Source: Octopus bimaculoides (Eukaryota). Taken from it: a stretch of 44,491 nt of DNA. This document shows, piece after piece, positions 1-11,439 of this stretch. The position numbers were made by a program, and so were the translations under genes. The notes beneath the pieces are model-generated. The model was not told the DNA's origin. It was given only the letters and a program-made list of their open reading frames with translations, and did not search any database. How positions within the stretch are numbered: position 1 is the first letter of the stretch; each line of letters opens with the position of its first letter. The stretch covers positions 27,192,231-27,236,721 of the forward strand of contig NC_069005.1 of assembly GCF_001194135.2 (NCBI RefSeq). The letters are read 5' to 3'.

Positions 1-173
1 ACCGATGCTAGTGTGTTTACGTCCCCGTAACATTAGCGGTTCGGCAAAAGAAGACCGATAGAATAAGTATTAGGCTTACAAAGAATAAGTCCTGGGGTCG
101 ATTTGCTCGACTAAAGGCGGTGCTCCAGCATGGCCACAGTCAAAAGACTGAAACAATTAAAAGAGTAAAAGAG
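1..173 (+). mobile_element. tRNA-derived SINE, family A, 3' half (cut by window start)
   Basis: Colinear and near-identical with the 3' half of the copies at 6589-6973 and 44142-44491 (gcggttcggcaaaag...ggggtcgatttgctcgac...ctccagcatggcc); ends in an (AAAAGAGT) tail. Confidence 0.9.
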
Positions 174-761
174 TAATCTTGTAACAGATAGTGGTGTTCC
201 CATTTGTAACTTTCCCTTGATGGTATAGTAATGCATGAGTTGCTTCCCTTTGGCCTGTCTTATCTGGCAGTGAAGAATGATGAAGATGAAGTTTACTGAG
301 CCAGGCTACATTGAAATCATAGGATATAGTATGGTGAATGTGAACTATTTTGGTAAATGAACTTATTGAATCAATGGCAAAGCGAAATATTAAAACACAC
401 ACCACATACATGTACATACAAATACACACGTACGTACATTTACATACACACGTTTGTCTCTCACACACACATTTTCTGGAAGAAATGAAATATAAAGGGA
501 CATAATTTGCAAAATTGAAAACCAAGGGACATAACTTATGTCAACCTTATTGTGACGTTCATCAAAGTTAATGTATCTTTGATTCGACATTATTAAAAAC
601 TAATAAAATAACTACAAAACAAACAAAATTCATTATTATATTAAATGTACTTCCCTTCTCTAACCTTATAATAAAATCTAATAGAGATTGGGTGTACATT
701 TGGAAACTTTTGCTCCATACAAGGATGACACGCAAATTCGTAAAGCGTTCCATATTTTTAT

Positions 762-820
762 AGGTTCAGAATGGCTGTGTAGTAAGAAGTTTGCTCACCT
801 AACACATGGTTCCGGGTTCA
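762..820 (+). mobile_element. SINE family A head fragment
   Basis: ggctgtgtagtaagaagtttgct...catggttccgggttcagt matches the A/B-box head of family A, then stops abruptly. Confidence 0.75.
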
Positions 821-933
821 GTTAACCGAATCTATCGGTAATCTAAACTTATTAGAGGCCAGCAATACTTTAAGTCGCATGGAGCCGAATCAAACTGTTC
901 CAAATAATATTATATATATATATATATATATAT

Positions 934-1352
934 NNNNNNNNNNNNNNNNNNNNNNNNNNNNNNNNNNNNNNNNNNNNNNNNNNNNNNNNNNNNNNNNNNN
1001 NNNNNNNNNNNNNNNNNNNNNNNNNNNNNNNNNNNNNNNNNNNNNNNNNNNNNNNNNNNNNNNNNNNNNNNNNNNNNNNNNNNNNNNNNNNNNNNNNNNN
1101 NNNNNNNNNNNNNNNNNNNNNNNNNNNNNNNNNNNNNNNNNNNNNNNNNNNNNNNNNNNNNNNNNNNNNNNNNNNNNNNNNNNNNNNNNNNNNNNNNNNN
1201 NNNNNNNNNNNNNNNNNNNNNNNNNNNNNNNNNNNNNNNNNNNNNNNNNNNNNNNNNNNNNNNNNNNNNNNNNNNNNNNNNNNNNNNNNNNNNNNNNNNN
1301 NNNNNNNNNNNNNNNNNNNNNNNNNNNNNNNNNNNNNNNNNNNNNNNNNNNN
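934..1352. other. Assembly gap (419 N) within (TA)n
   Basis: Run of N flanked on both sides by TA repeats. Confidence 1.
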
Positions 1353-1439
1353 TATATATATATATATATATATATATTTATTTATTTATGTGTTTCAGCC
1401 ATAGTAACAACACTAAAGCACTCAGAGTGAAGCCACTTG

Positions 1440-1990
1440 GCAAAAATTGACCTTGAACTCTGCTAGATATGCGCACTAAGTTTTAACATTCTAGCTCACT
1501 TCCACTGTTTACAGCAGTGCTTGGAAGGAATGTGTGCAGCATGTGATCAAACTTTGGCCAGGGCTATAATAAAGGCTAAGGTGTCACGCACTGAGACTGA
1601 ACCAGGAATCACACAACCACACCTGCATCTATATAAATAGTAATACAAATACAGCATCTCAAAGTTCACCATTTGGGTTTTGTTCTAGTTGCTTAAGTGA
1701 ATAGCCTTATCTGCATTTATCAGAGAAAGTGCACACATGTTGTAGATGCATTTTTCTATGTATGATGCCAATTTATCAAGACTGGATAGATAAAGTACTC
1801 TGTGACAGCATCTGCTAAGATATGTGAGGTCTACCAGGCTTATTTTAACATGCTTGTTGGGGATCATGACAAACTCTGGGCACTTTGTTTCACCTACAGC
1901 ACTGCAAAATATCTCCAGGTGGTAATTTTTGCTTGCTTGAAAAGTGGAATTTTATATTATAAAAAATTTTAGAATTCTAAAAAATTTATA
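1440..1990 (+). mobile_element. Decayed DNA-transposon 5' fragment, transposase N-terminus (Chapaev/Transib-related, CMC group, tentative)
   Basis: The frame from 1727 reads KCTHVVDAFFYV*CQFIKTG*IKYSVTASAKICEVYQAYFNMLVGDHDKLWALCFT. This matches the recalled CxHxxDAFCYVCG...AYxAYFGMxVGDQDKxWAPH Cys-rich N-terminus of a widespread transposase family. Two in-frame stops. Family name and element ends are uncertain. Confidence 0.65.
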
Positions 1991-2458
1991 CTTAAAAATA
2001 AATTTTTTTTTCCCCAGTTTCCATAGAAAAATATATCAGATATGAAATATGCTGTGAGAAACTCTTACATGTTAGGCATGGGCAAAATAGATTTTTCTTT
2101 TTTTAATAACAATTTTATTCTGCTCTTTTGCAGGATGGTACAAAGAGAAATGGGAACTATGAGTTTCACTACAATAAGAATCTGACAGGAACCCAACCAC
2201 CCCGAAAGTAATTGCTACTTCTGCTTGGCAAACCCTTCCAAATGTTGGCCTGGCAAGAATGCACTGGCTATTATGTCTCCTGACCTATTATCACATTGCC
2301 GGAGCTCCCCATACCCAATGTGAGAGGGGGGAGAGAGAGAGAGATAGAGATGTCAATTATATACTCTTAATCTGTGATGAAGAGTGAGAAGAATTTAGAT
2401 CAAACATTAAAACAAGATTGTTAGTAGTGTGAACTATGGATGAAGATATTGTCTGTGT

Positions 2459-2837
2459 TGGCACTCTGTCGCTTATGACATCGAGGGTTCCACTCAATCT
2501 GATCAACAGAACAGCCTGCTCGTGAAATTAACATGCAAGTGGCTGAGCACTCCACAGAAATATATACCCTTAATGTAGTTCTCGGGGATATTCAGCGTGA
2601 CACAGCGTGACAAGGTTGACCCTTTGAATTACAGGCACAACAGAAACACGAAGTAAAAGTGAGAGAAAGTTGTGGTGGAAGAGTACAGCAGGGTTCGCCA
2701 CCATCCCCTGCTGGAGCCTCATGGAGCTTTAGGTGTTTTCGCTCAATAAACACTCACAACGCCCGGTCTGGGAATCGAAACCGCGATCCTATGACCGCGA
2801 GTCCGCTGCCCTAACCACTGGGCCATTGCGCCTCCAC
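2459..2837 (-). mobile_element. tRNA-derived SINE, family C, full length with TSD
   Basis: Minus strand begins TGGAGGCGCAATGGCCCAGTGG (A box) ... GTTTCGATTCC (B box). 11-bp TSD ATTGTCTGTGT at 2448-2458 and 2838-2848. Same family as 39622-39995. Confidence 0.92.
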
Positions 2838-3002
2838 ATTGTCTGTGTATATAATACAATAACCACATGTTCACAAACAGTCTAAATTACTTAACTAACA
2901 AATCAATATAAAATCAATGATTAGTATATAGGTACAGGTGTGGCTGTGTGATAAGAAGTTCACTTTCCAACCGACATAGTTCTGTCCATGAATAGCATAG
3001 TA

Positions 3003-3293
3003 TAAATGTGTTTAGGGAAAAATTGGGCATAAGAGGAATCAAATGTGGTATGCAAGAAATAAAACTGCACTGACATGACATGTGATTCGTACAGATAAGG
3101 ACAGTTGTGTAAAGAAGTGCTGATCACTAATTGTAGATAGAATTTTCTTCAGAAGACATAGGATGAAGTGGTTAAGACTGTTTTCAGAATCTTGAGCCTC
3201 ATGGAGGAGATGACAAGGGGCCGGGACAACTAGTGATATGCAGTTCTTGAGAAGGTCCATTCATCGTGGCAAAACTGAGATTCTGAAAGGACA

Positions 3294-3295
<2 letters not shown>
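3003..3295 (+). mobile_element. RTE-clade LINE ORF C-terminal fragment (decayed)
   Basis: Reads NVFREKLGIRGIKCGMQEIKLH*, then with frameshifts HVIRTDKDSCVKKC*SLIVD and KT*DEVVK...EEMTRGRDN**YAVLEK. Typical of the RLRWxGHV..W..VVK..DR..W C-terminus of RTE proteins. Confidence 0.75.

Positions 3296-3296
<1 letters not shown>

Positions 3297-3326
<30 letters not shown>
3297..3326. repeat. (TG)15 microsatellite
   Basis: Perfect TG run at the junction of two oppositely oriented RTE fragments. Confidence 0.95.
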
Positions 3327-3329
<3 letters not shown>

Positions 3330-3330
3330 A

Positions 3331-3870
3331 CCCAATTTCCTTCTCAACACATTTACACTCTCCATCAGCTCTCTGACTGCAATATTCTGCTATGATTAAA
3401 TGTGAGCAGAACTGCATATTTCACTCTCTATCCTTTACACATTTTCTGCATTCAGGGCCCATGTCTCACTACCATGTAGCATTGCTGGTCGTATACATGC
3501 ATCATACAATCCTCCTTTCAATCAGAGAGAGATACTTTCGGTTGCCAACAGAGGTGAAAGCTCTCTGAATTTTCTCCATCATATTTTCATTCTAGCAATT
3601 ACACTTTCTGTGCATCCTCCTCCACAGTTAATTAGGCCCCCTAGGTAGGAGAAATTATCCACTACCTCTAAAGAAACTCTGGAGCATTCGAGAAAATTGA
3701 TTTCCTGAGTGTCTGTAGTTTTGAGTGGCTTATTGACACTTATCACATTTGAATCTTGAATATGTTCTGTTCCAGGCTTTGGTGAGAACAAAATTTCAGT
3801 CTTAACATTGATAGTTAACCCAAATACATGAGCTGCCACAGCCAACCATTTCTTGTATTCCCTCAAATGT
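3331..3870 (-). mobile_element. RTE-clade LINE fragment (end of RT and post-RT region)
   Basis: ORF 3579-3866 has FGLTINVKTE and LEVVDNFSYLG...GGGCTESVIARMKI. Downstream sequence reads FRELSPLL...YDACIRPAMLHGSETWAL. Confidence 0.85.
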
Positions 3871-4179
3871 ACGATAATCTTTCAAATATTTCAAAAAGAT
3901 GACTAATAAAGGGAGACATAGCGCACAGAGGGTAAGTGAAATTTGTTAAAATATACGTTACACTGAGTAAAAGATGTTTACTCTATCCAATCTAACCAGA
4001 AGATGCAATTATATGAGAAATATTCTGAGTTATAAAAGCATACTTTAATTTAGTTACACAAGACTGGTTCAATAAAGCTTTCAGATTTGAATGATTATCA
4101 AGCAAACACACACACATACATACATATACTATAATGCCTTTGTGCGTGCGTGTGCGTGTGTGTACATGTATGTACTTGA

Positions 4180-5560
4180 TAATTCAAGCCAAAGCTACTC
4201 GGAGTTTCCGTGGTTTGGTCATGCTATTCGGTTGTCTTTCTCTCTCTCTCTCTCTCTCTCCGTCTGCTTGAACGAACGCATTACTTGAGACTCTGAGTTG
4301 CTAGGTAGCAAACGGTCGGCTTCATATAAATATATTCTTACCTCATGTCACTGACTGCTATTTTAATTGTCTGCAATACACACACACACGCACACACATA
4401 CAGACACATATACACAGGCGCGCGCACACACATGCAAGCACGCACATATAGACATACATACACAGGCGCGCACACATAAATGCCAACATGAGACAGTGAA
4501 TAGTAGTTTCTCAATCGATTTATATCAATTATAAATCCGTCGGCACAGACTGTTGTGTTGCTTTTTTTTCCCCTCTAATGAATTGATTAATATCATTTTA
4601 TACTCTCGCAGTGTTGAAGAGCGAAATCAATGGCTACGATCCGCAGCCATGTTTATATATTTTCTTCGTCACTGAACACAAGGCCAGTCTTATAACAAAC
4701 ATATGAGCATTGCTGATTAACTCAACCCCAATATATTGATCTTTACTTTATTCATTCTAGAAATGTGACAAGAAGATTCCAGCGGAATTTTGACTCACAG
4801 TAGTTCTGCTAGGATATCTCTGGAGAGCTTATTTTTATATGACAGCCTGTGACAAGCATGGGAAATTCAAATCTCCAAACGAAAGCAAAAGCGTCGCTTT
4901 ATTTGTAGTAAACAAAACGTCATACAGAGTAAAATAAGAACTTAATCTTCGTTTTATCGAAAACTTGAAATACTAAATGAAAATCATACGCATACGAAGC
5001 ACTGATTCGTCTTCCCTGCCTCCATCTTGCGATATCGTATTCCAGCGCGTTAAATATGCAAGATTCGTTTGTAAACATTACAACAAAAATGCTTATTTCA
5101 TCCTCTGTCGGTATCAAGCCATAAACGGAGCATAATTTTACTTATCCCAACTTTAACTATTATGTAGTTTTGGAAAAGAGCTATCACTAGCAATGGCGAA
5201 GGATAAGGGCAGAATATGGAATTGATGATGGGGAGGGGGAATATATATTTAAAAAATCCTGAAAAAAATTTCTTTGGCAATCGTAATTCCTGTTGTATGA
5301 AAGGCAGGAATACTCAGAAGAAGAAAAAATCACCTAATTCCTTGCTTTTTTCCCCCTTTTCTATGAGGTAGTGAAAGCTTTCCCTTTCCATTGTGTTTCC
5401 GAACAGCTTCCTAAACACTATTAGTGAGCACGAGTGTTCGCCGAGTTTCTTCGCCGCCATTGTCTAAAATTAGTACTTGCCTAACTCGCCATGTAAGCAA
5501 CTGTAAATTGCCCTAACCCTGATTTAGAACGCTGAACGTGACGCTTCCACTTTAACCAGA
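4180..5560. promoter_or_regulatory. CpG-retaining promoter-like region
   Basis: Visibly higher CpG density than 1.4-4.1 kb. YY1-like CCATCTTG (~5023) and GCCGCCATTG (~5453); X-box-like GTTGCTAGGTAGC (4297-4309); possible plus-strand donor AT|GTAAGC at 5493. No transcript evidence. Confidence 0.35.
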
Positions 5561-5662
5561 AGATTTCAGTGTTCCAAGAGATTTCGTTTGTCTCTCCATC
5601 ACCAACGTTGCAAACCTAAAATAACAATATTCTCAAGTTTCCCTGCTTTCCATTATCAAACC

Positions 5663-5885
5663 GGCGAGCTGACAGAATCGTAAAGTACGTCGGAAAAGAT
5701 GCTTCGTGGCATTTTTTTTCAGGTTCTTTACGTTTTGTGTTCAAATTTCACCGAGGCTGACTTTGCTTTTCATCTCTTCGGAGTCGATAAAATAAGCGCC
5801 AGTCGAGTACTAGGACTTATGTAATCGACAAGCTCCCTCCTCCCCTCAAATTTCAGGCCTTGTGTCTATATTTGAAAGAATTATT
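5663..5885 (+). mobile_element. tRNA-derived SINE, family B (diverged)
   Basis: ggcgagctgacagaatcg...gttcaaatttcaccgagg...gtcgataaaataag...aatttcaggccttgtg; colinear with 7897-8111 and 40503-40722. Confidence 0.85.
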
Positions 5886-6011
5886 TGTCATTATCGATCT
5901 ATGACGAAATTGAACCCCCGAAATGGTGAGTTATTTTATTTCCTTTAGTTGCTCCAACAATGCACAAATCTTAACAAGACTAACCACAAGCTAACTCGGG
6001 AGCTTCTACGT

Positions 6012-6248
6012 CAGTGGTCTCAGCCATTTTTTGCCTGTAGACCCTGTTCATTCCCATTTTACTCTACAGGACCTTCGATACCATTCAGTCTTTTAAAAGA
6101 ATTCTATTATACTTTTATAATTAGATATTAGGAATTGTATTTTTTTTTTAATTGTTAAAATACTTTGTGTAATTTAGAAATATAACCAATTTGTTGCACA
6201 TAAGCTTCAACAACAAAATCTTACATGGACCCCCGTCGAGAACTACTG
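6012..6248. mobile_element. hAT (Charlie-type) MITE
   Basis: Imperfect TIRs CAGTGGTCTCAG / GTCGAGAACTACTG; 8-bp flanks TTCTACGT and CTCTATGT (6/8 identical, TCTA core). Confidence 0.65.
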
Positions 6249-6588
6249 CTCTATGTAGTGGGTCTGCTAAAATCTTTCTCCTGGATCATCCTCTGCCGTC
6301 TTAAAAAAACAAGAAAGCACCTATTGTAGTCTAAGATATGAAAAAATCGGAACAGTCGCAGTTGGAACACGTGTCGTGGAGCTTGCTTACTGGTGAAGCT
6401 GTGTAACAATATTTATACACTGAGCTATTGAATTAATCAATTACGAGCAATAAAAGATTGGCAATGTTAGTGTGCTGCTGGATTGAGAGGAAGAATAAAA
6501 GACATAACCCAAATGCCAGGGAGAAAAGAAAGACGGAGTCCTATTCAAGAAAGAAAAAGTGATGAAAATACTGAATAATTTCTCGCTA

Positions 6589-6973
6589 GGCGCAGGCATG
6601 GCTGTGTGGTTAAGAAGCTAGCTTTCCAACATTGTGGTCTTAGGTTCAGTCCCATTGCGCGGAACCTTGGGCAAATGTTTTCTGTTATGGCCCCGTGGCG
6701 TCTAAAGCCTTCTGAGTGGATTCCGGAGACAGAAACTGAAAGAAGACAGTGTTGTGTGTATATTGTGCGTTTGCGTTTGTCCCACCACCACTTAACAACA
6801 CGTGTTGGTTTGTTTATATCCCCGTAACTTAGCGGTTCGGCTGAAGACCGATAAAATATCTACCAGACTTAGGAAAAAAAAAGCCCTGAGATCAATCTGT
6901 TCGATCAAACCGTTCAAGGCGGTGCCCCAGCATGGCCGCAGTCTAATGACTGAAACAAGTAAAAGATAAAAGA
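6589..6973 (+). mobile_element. tRNA-derived SINE, family A, full length
   Basis: GGCGCAGG head with A box (TGGCTGTGTGG) and B box (GTTCAGTCC), ccttgggcaa core, TG-rich linker, 3' module and AAAAGAT tail. Confidence 0.9.
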
Positions 6974-7896
6974 TTATAATAAATCAGAGTTTACTAAAAT
7001 CCTAATTCGAGAAAATTGATGTTGGTTAATATAATCGATCTCATTGAGATAACTTCAGTTGCTCATCGGGCATTTTCCAGAACTGATATTGAGTTTTTTT
7101 TTTATCTACTCCAGTGACAATTTAACAGTATCCAGTAAATACTACTCTTTTTCAAGTGACCCCCAACCGAGATGCGTCTCACAATGCTGCGCCAGGAATC
7201 TCTAGCTTCGATAGATTTTCATTTTGTGTGTCTGTACCAAGAATTTCAATGTAGATGAGTGATCTCCTTCAATTAGGTTGTAGAAATCTCTAAAACATAA
7301 CATCTGATATGGTCTACTCAGCACAATTACAGTGACCAGCAAAGCTGAGTTATAATAGTAGAGATGGGTGCAATATGTCCATACATCTCTTTAGTCTTGT
7401 GCTCTCGGTTTGAGATGTTCTGAGCTCTCATGGAAAGCCTGGTGTGTATACCACCAAGGCGATCTTGAAGCTTCTCCAAGGCCCAGGTTTCGGCTCCGTA
7501 GAGAAGAATACTCTTTACACGTGCTCTGAAGAAAGCAAGCTTTGTTGACTTTGAAATACCTAATTGCAAGAAGTGTTAAAGTCTATTAACAGCAACCAAC
7601 CCTCGATTTTTGTTTTTCGCCATAGTTAGGACATCTGCCTTATTTTTCTTTGAGGACAAGGATTTCTCACTGCTGTGTGTCAAATTCTTTGGTCAACTTT
7701 CTCAGGAGCCCCAGGCGTTGCTTTATGATAATCTCGGCAGCTCCCTTCATTCAAATTCTCTTCTCACGGGTAATTACTCCAGACTGGTCTCCCGGCTAGT
7801 CCCTTGCATATAAAGGTTTTTTTACTGTTAGCAACATCAGACTTCCTTGAGTTGTGTTCAATCGTTGGAGCAATTTGGCAGAAAGCTTTCTTCTTC

Positions 7897-8111
7897 GGCA
7901 AGCTGGCAGAAACGTCAGCACGCCGGGCGAAATGTTAAGCGGTATTTCGTCTGCCGCTACGTTCTGAGTTCAAATTCCGCCGAGGTCGATTTTTGCCTTT
8001 CATCCTTTCGGGGTCGATTAAATGAGTGCCAGTTACGCACTGGGGTCGATATAATCGACTTAATCCGTTTGTCTGTCCTTGTTTGTCCCCTCTGTGGGCA
8101 GTAAAGAAATA
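7897..8111 (+). mobile_element. SINE family B inserted in the RTE LINE, 17-bp TSD
   Basis: Exact TSD AGAAAGCTTTCTTCTTC at 7880-7896 and 8112-8128. Removing the SINE restores the LINE reading MTINEEESFLP. B box GTTCAAATTCC. Confidence 0.95.
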
Positions 8112-8399
8112 AGAAAGCTTTCTTCTTCATTGATGGTCATGCAGTCAGTCTCCTTTGCATTAAGAAAGATCGACTTCAGCTGTTGCATTCTCAAAGGATC
8201 TTGCATACATTTGATGAGCTGTGATGGTGAGATTATCAGTATAGTCAAGGTCAAAGAGATACACACTTTGCTGATACTTTGAACGCTTCTGCTTGATGGA
8301 TTTGTTTTATGTAAGGTGTTCGTCTATAATGGTTGTGTTTGGTTATTGGCTGCGTGTAAATGATAAAGAACAATTAGCAGAAACTTCATTTGCTGCACA

Positions 8400-9330
8400 T
8401 AATGTTTTCCATGTTGGTCTTTGGATGAAGAATTAAAATCAACTTGTACACACTGGGAGAGACAACCTCTGGTGGCTACAACATAGCCGGTATATATGGG
8501 TCGGTGAGCTAGGCCGTCATAACTGGAGAAATATCGCCTTGGTCGAGATGAAACAGGAGGTCCCTTTGTGATAATAAGATGTTTAACAGAATATACCGGA
8601 CTCCCGTTAACAAAAGCAGTGCGAATGACGCTCAGAAATTTCTGAAAGATCATATGATAATGATCAGATCTGGTATAAAGAAAAGAATACTAGCAGTAGG
8701 AGGTTTGGAGTAATACCCTGCGCAGATAATTCCGTTTTCAAATCTATCAATCACTTGTGTTTCAAATCGACAAGAAAACTAAAATGATGCAGGGAAATGG
8801 CTCCAAGGACAGGATGTGGAAGATCGGCAGTTATGAAGATCCACTTGAATTGAGCTCACATTAATTCATAGATTCTCCGTAAGTGGAAATAGAAGAATGG
8901 TTAATAGCTTGTAAGGTGATAGCTGACGGCTTTCGTGAATCACATAATTTAACAGGCCATATGTTGCAAGCTGCTACTATATTATCTAGGAAGCGATGCT
9001 TCAAAATGGTGTTATAGACAAAAAAGATCAGGAGTGTTGTCAATTTGAATCCCTGGCGACGGCGTTTTGCTGCGATTGAGTAGATGACTTCAAAGGACGG
9101 ATGGAATACACTTGAATGCATCCATGTCAAAGCGATTGTGATATCAGCAAAACAATGAAGACTTTATCGGAAGACTGAAAGAACGTTTTCAATAAATTCT
9201 CCGGCCACGAGAATTTGAGCGGAAAGCCGCAGCTGCTGAAGCTTATATGTTAAAGCTTAAATTCTATATTCGTTCGTCTTACGGAACAATGCCAACTCGA
9301 GGGATATTGAAGATACGAATGAGACCAGTG
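8400..9330 (-). mobile_element. Ty3/Gypsy LTR retrotransposon fragment (gag end, protease, RT start)
   Basis: RSNSRGR...C*YHNRF...FKCIP (Cys/His gag-end motif); IFFVYNTILKHRFL...TLQAINHSSISTYGE and KWIFITADLPHPVLGAISLHHFSFLVDL (retropepsin region); VKHLIITKGPPVSSRPRR (protease-RT linker). No LTRs recognised. Confidence 0.8.
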
Positions 9331-11439
9331 AAGAAGCCATGTTTTTTTCTTTTGTTGTTGTTATATATTTTTTTTAACAAAGTCGTGGCAGTCACACAGA
9401 GGAAAATATATGGAAAGATGAAATACTGGTCGTTTGTGAATAGAAAAGAATTTTCTAGGTGTTGACCGGTAGATTTGACTGCTGTTTCGAGGAAAACGGA
9501 AGATGAATTCTGAGCCAATAGTGGTCTCGACTTCAAAGCTTAGCGCGGTAAGAGATCCGATGGTAAGAAAAACTGTCCGTTGGCTTCTGCCGCTTCTGAT
9601 CTTTCTTGTGGTTGCGGCGGGCTATCATTGGTTTCCTGGTGGCTGAAAATTCATGCAGTAAATAAATAAGTCGGGTTGATTTCAACGGCTACAGATTTAA
9701 CTTGGATGAGATCAAGACTGTCTCAAGATGTTCGTCCCCTACAATGATAAAGAAAAAAAAAGCTAAAGTATCATTCTGTAGAATTCCTGCTTCCGTTCGA
9801 AACTCTTTAGTTAGATTGTCTATGCTTGGCACAAGGCTGGGTGATTTTTTTAATATTGGCGATGATGATGTCGATCTCATTGGGAATACCGTAGTTCAAC
9901 AGCATATGCTGAACTACAGTATCCCAGAAAAACCATGTTGAGCATAGTCTTTCTGTTGACAATATCAAATGCCTTTGAGCATCCATAAATACAATTGATG
10001 TTTTGCTGGAAGATTCTGGGCTCTTCTATGATTCTTCTAAGGGTATGGATCTTTGGTGGTGTTGATCTGACTTTACGGAAGCTGGCTCCGTCTTAGAATG
10101 GGATTGATGTGAGTGGAAATTCTGTTAAGGAGCATTAAATTGCAAGGTGCAAGTATGATTCCTGTATAGTTATGAGATAGGTGAAGATCACCTTTCTTTG
10201 GAAATGAAATAATTGAAGAGTTCGCGATGACTGCGTGTTTCTTTTATAAGTTTTGTTATAAGTTCAACAGATGTTTGTGTAAGAGTGAATTCTCGCAGTT
10301 GATAACTGAGATGTTATCTGGAACTAGTGTCTTTTTTTTAAATTCTACCATTTTAAGCATTTTGAAGTTCTTCTCTGAGGAATGGACCAGTCTTGGTTGG
10401 TAGGCTATCTGCTACTTTATGGCTGAAAATAGGATCCTCGTCAAGTCTGGTGTAGCGTAGCTCAGTGTAACAATCTAAGGTGCTGATGAGTGGTTTCCCT
10501 ATAATGCAAATCATTGGTAACGATCACTTGGTAGTAAATTTCTCCAGTTTCATAGGCATCAGCGTTCTTGTTCTCATTATAGAAATTGTCTAATTCTTCA
10601 GTTACTGGTTTCATGTGTGCTCCTAGTGCATCCTTGTACGTTGTATCAGATGCGACTTTAGCTCGATCAGTATTCTTAATGAACTTAAACTGATGTTTCT
10701 GGACTGCTTTTATCTATTCCTCGCTCGCCCTTGTTACAGTCTCATGGCAGCAAAGGTTATGTCTTCGTTCTATTCTTTGGTGGTGGTGGTGGGGGGGGGG
10801 GTATTTCCAATGCTTCGTCTCTGTTGGCTGTATCTAGGGTGTTATATGCAGTACTGCAACTCTTGTCTTCCAACTACTCATAGTGTGTGATGAAAATATG
10901 AACCGCAACTGTAAAATACTTGCATAAGTTAGCATCACCTGCTACTTTTCCCTAGTAGTTTCATAGGATCTCTGGCTTCTGTTTTTACCCTTGAGATTAC
11001 TGGTATTTGCAAGAAGCAACTCTGTGGTTTACAGAATTGCTTCCACAGAATTTATATATAAGGAGCCCCTCCTCTCAAGTGTAAAACAATAGTAAGAAGT
11101 AATTTCACATATGCAAAGGTAACTGTGAAATGATCTTGAGCGAAAAATATTCAAATTAGGTTCCAATTTATCAAATGGAATGAAGTTTTTTTTTTTTAAA
11201 TGGCTAAATTTTGGAATAGCTATCATGGAGAAGGAAAACTGCAAGGAATTGCATATTTTTTCTTTCGTCGTTTTAGTTTTTCTGTACTTCAGGCAACGGA
11301 AATACGACTCTGAAAGAATTTTTTGTGTCTAAAAATTTCAGGGTTTTTTTTTACGTCCCCCACTCCAGTTCCGTTTCTTTTTCCTTCCCCGTGAGATTGT
11401 GATAGCTATTTCAAAACTCTGGCAAAAATATACCTACGC

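Larger units (their letters stand above)
7140..11030 (-). mobile_element. RTE-clade LINE, ~3.9 kb, decayed and interrupted
   Basis: Ordered minus-strand motifs: endonuclease end NHRVAS (~11020); GDLHLSHNYTGI and LLNRISTHINPILRRSQ (~10070-10200); AGILQNDTLAFFFFIIV (9750-9800); DLDYTDN, a YADD equivalent (~8230-8260); FLNAKETDCMTINEEE; KSILLYGAETW (7327-7569 ORF); FAGHC; DSWRSIV near the 3' end. Many stops and frameshifts. Confidence 0.88.

Noticed and set aside
157-525. 122-aa minus-strand ORF
   Set aside because: Partly a CA/TACA repeat translation, ends in a SINE tail, and shows no homology.
879-1430. Long ORFs spanning N runs (also 12212-13348, 14549-15354, 20992-21295, 32396-33064)
   Set aside because: Open only because N and (TA)n/(CA)n contain no stop codons; the YIYI/CVCV peptides are microsatellite translations.
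2125-2215. Good plus-strand acceptor (ctcttttgcag) with a short open frame DGTKRNGNYEFHYNKNLTG
   Set aside because: Only a moderate donor (AAA|GTAATT), no recognisable homology and no partner exons.
2763-2837. tRNA-like sequences with A and B boxes (also 6589, 7897, 39622, 44142)
   Set aside because: These are SINE heads followed by family bodies, tails and TSDs; no complete cloverleaf, so not called tRNA genes.
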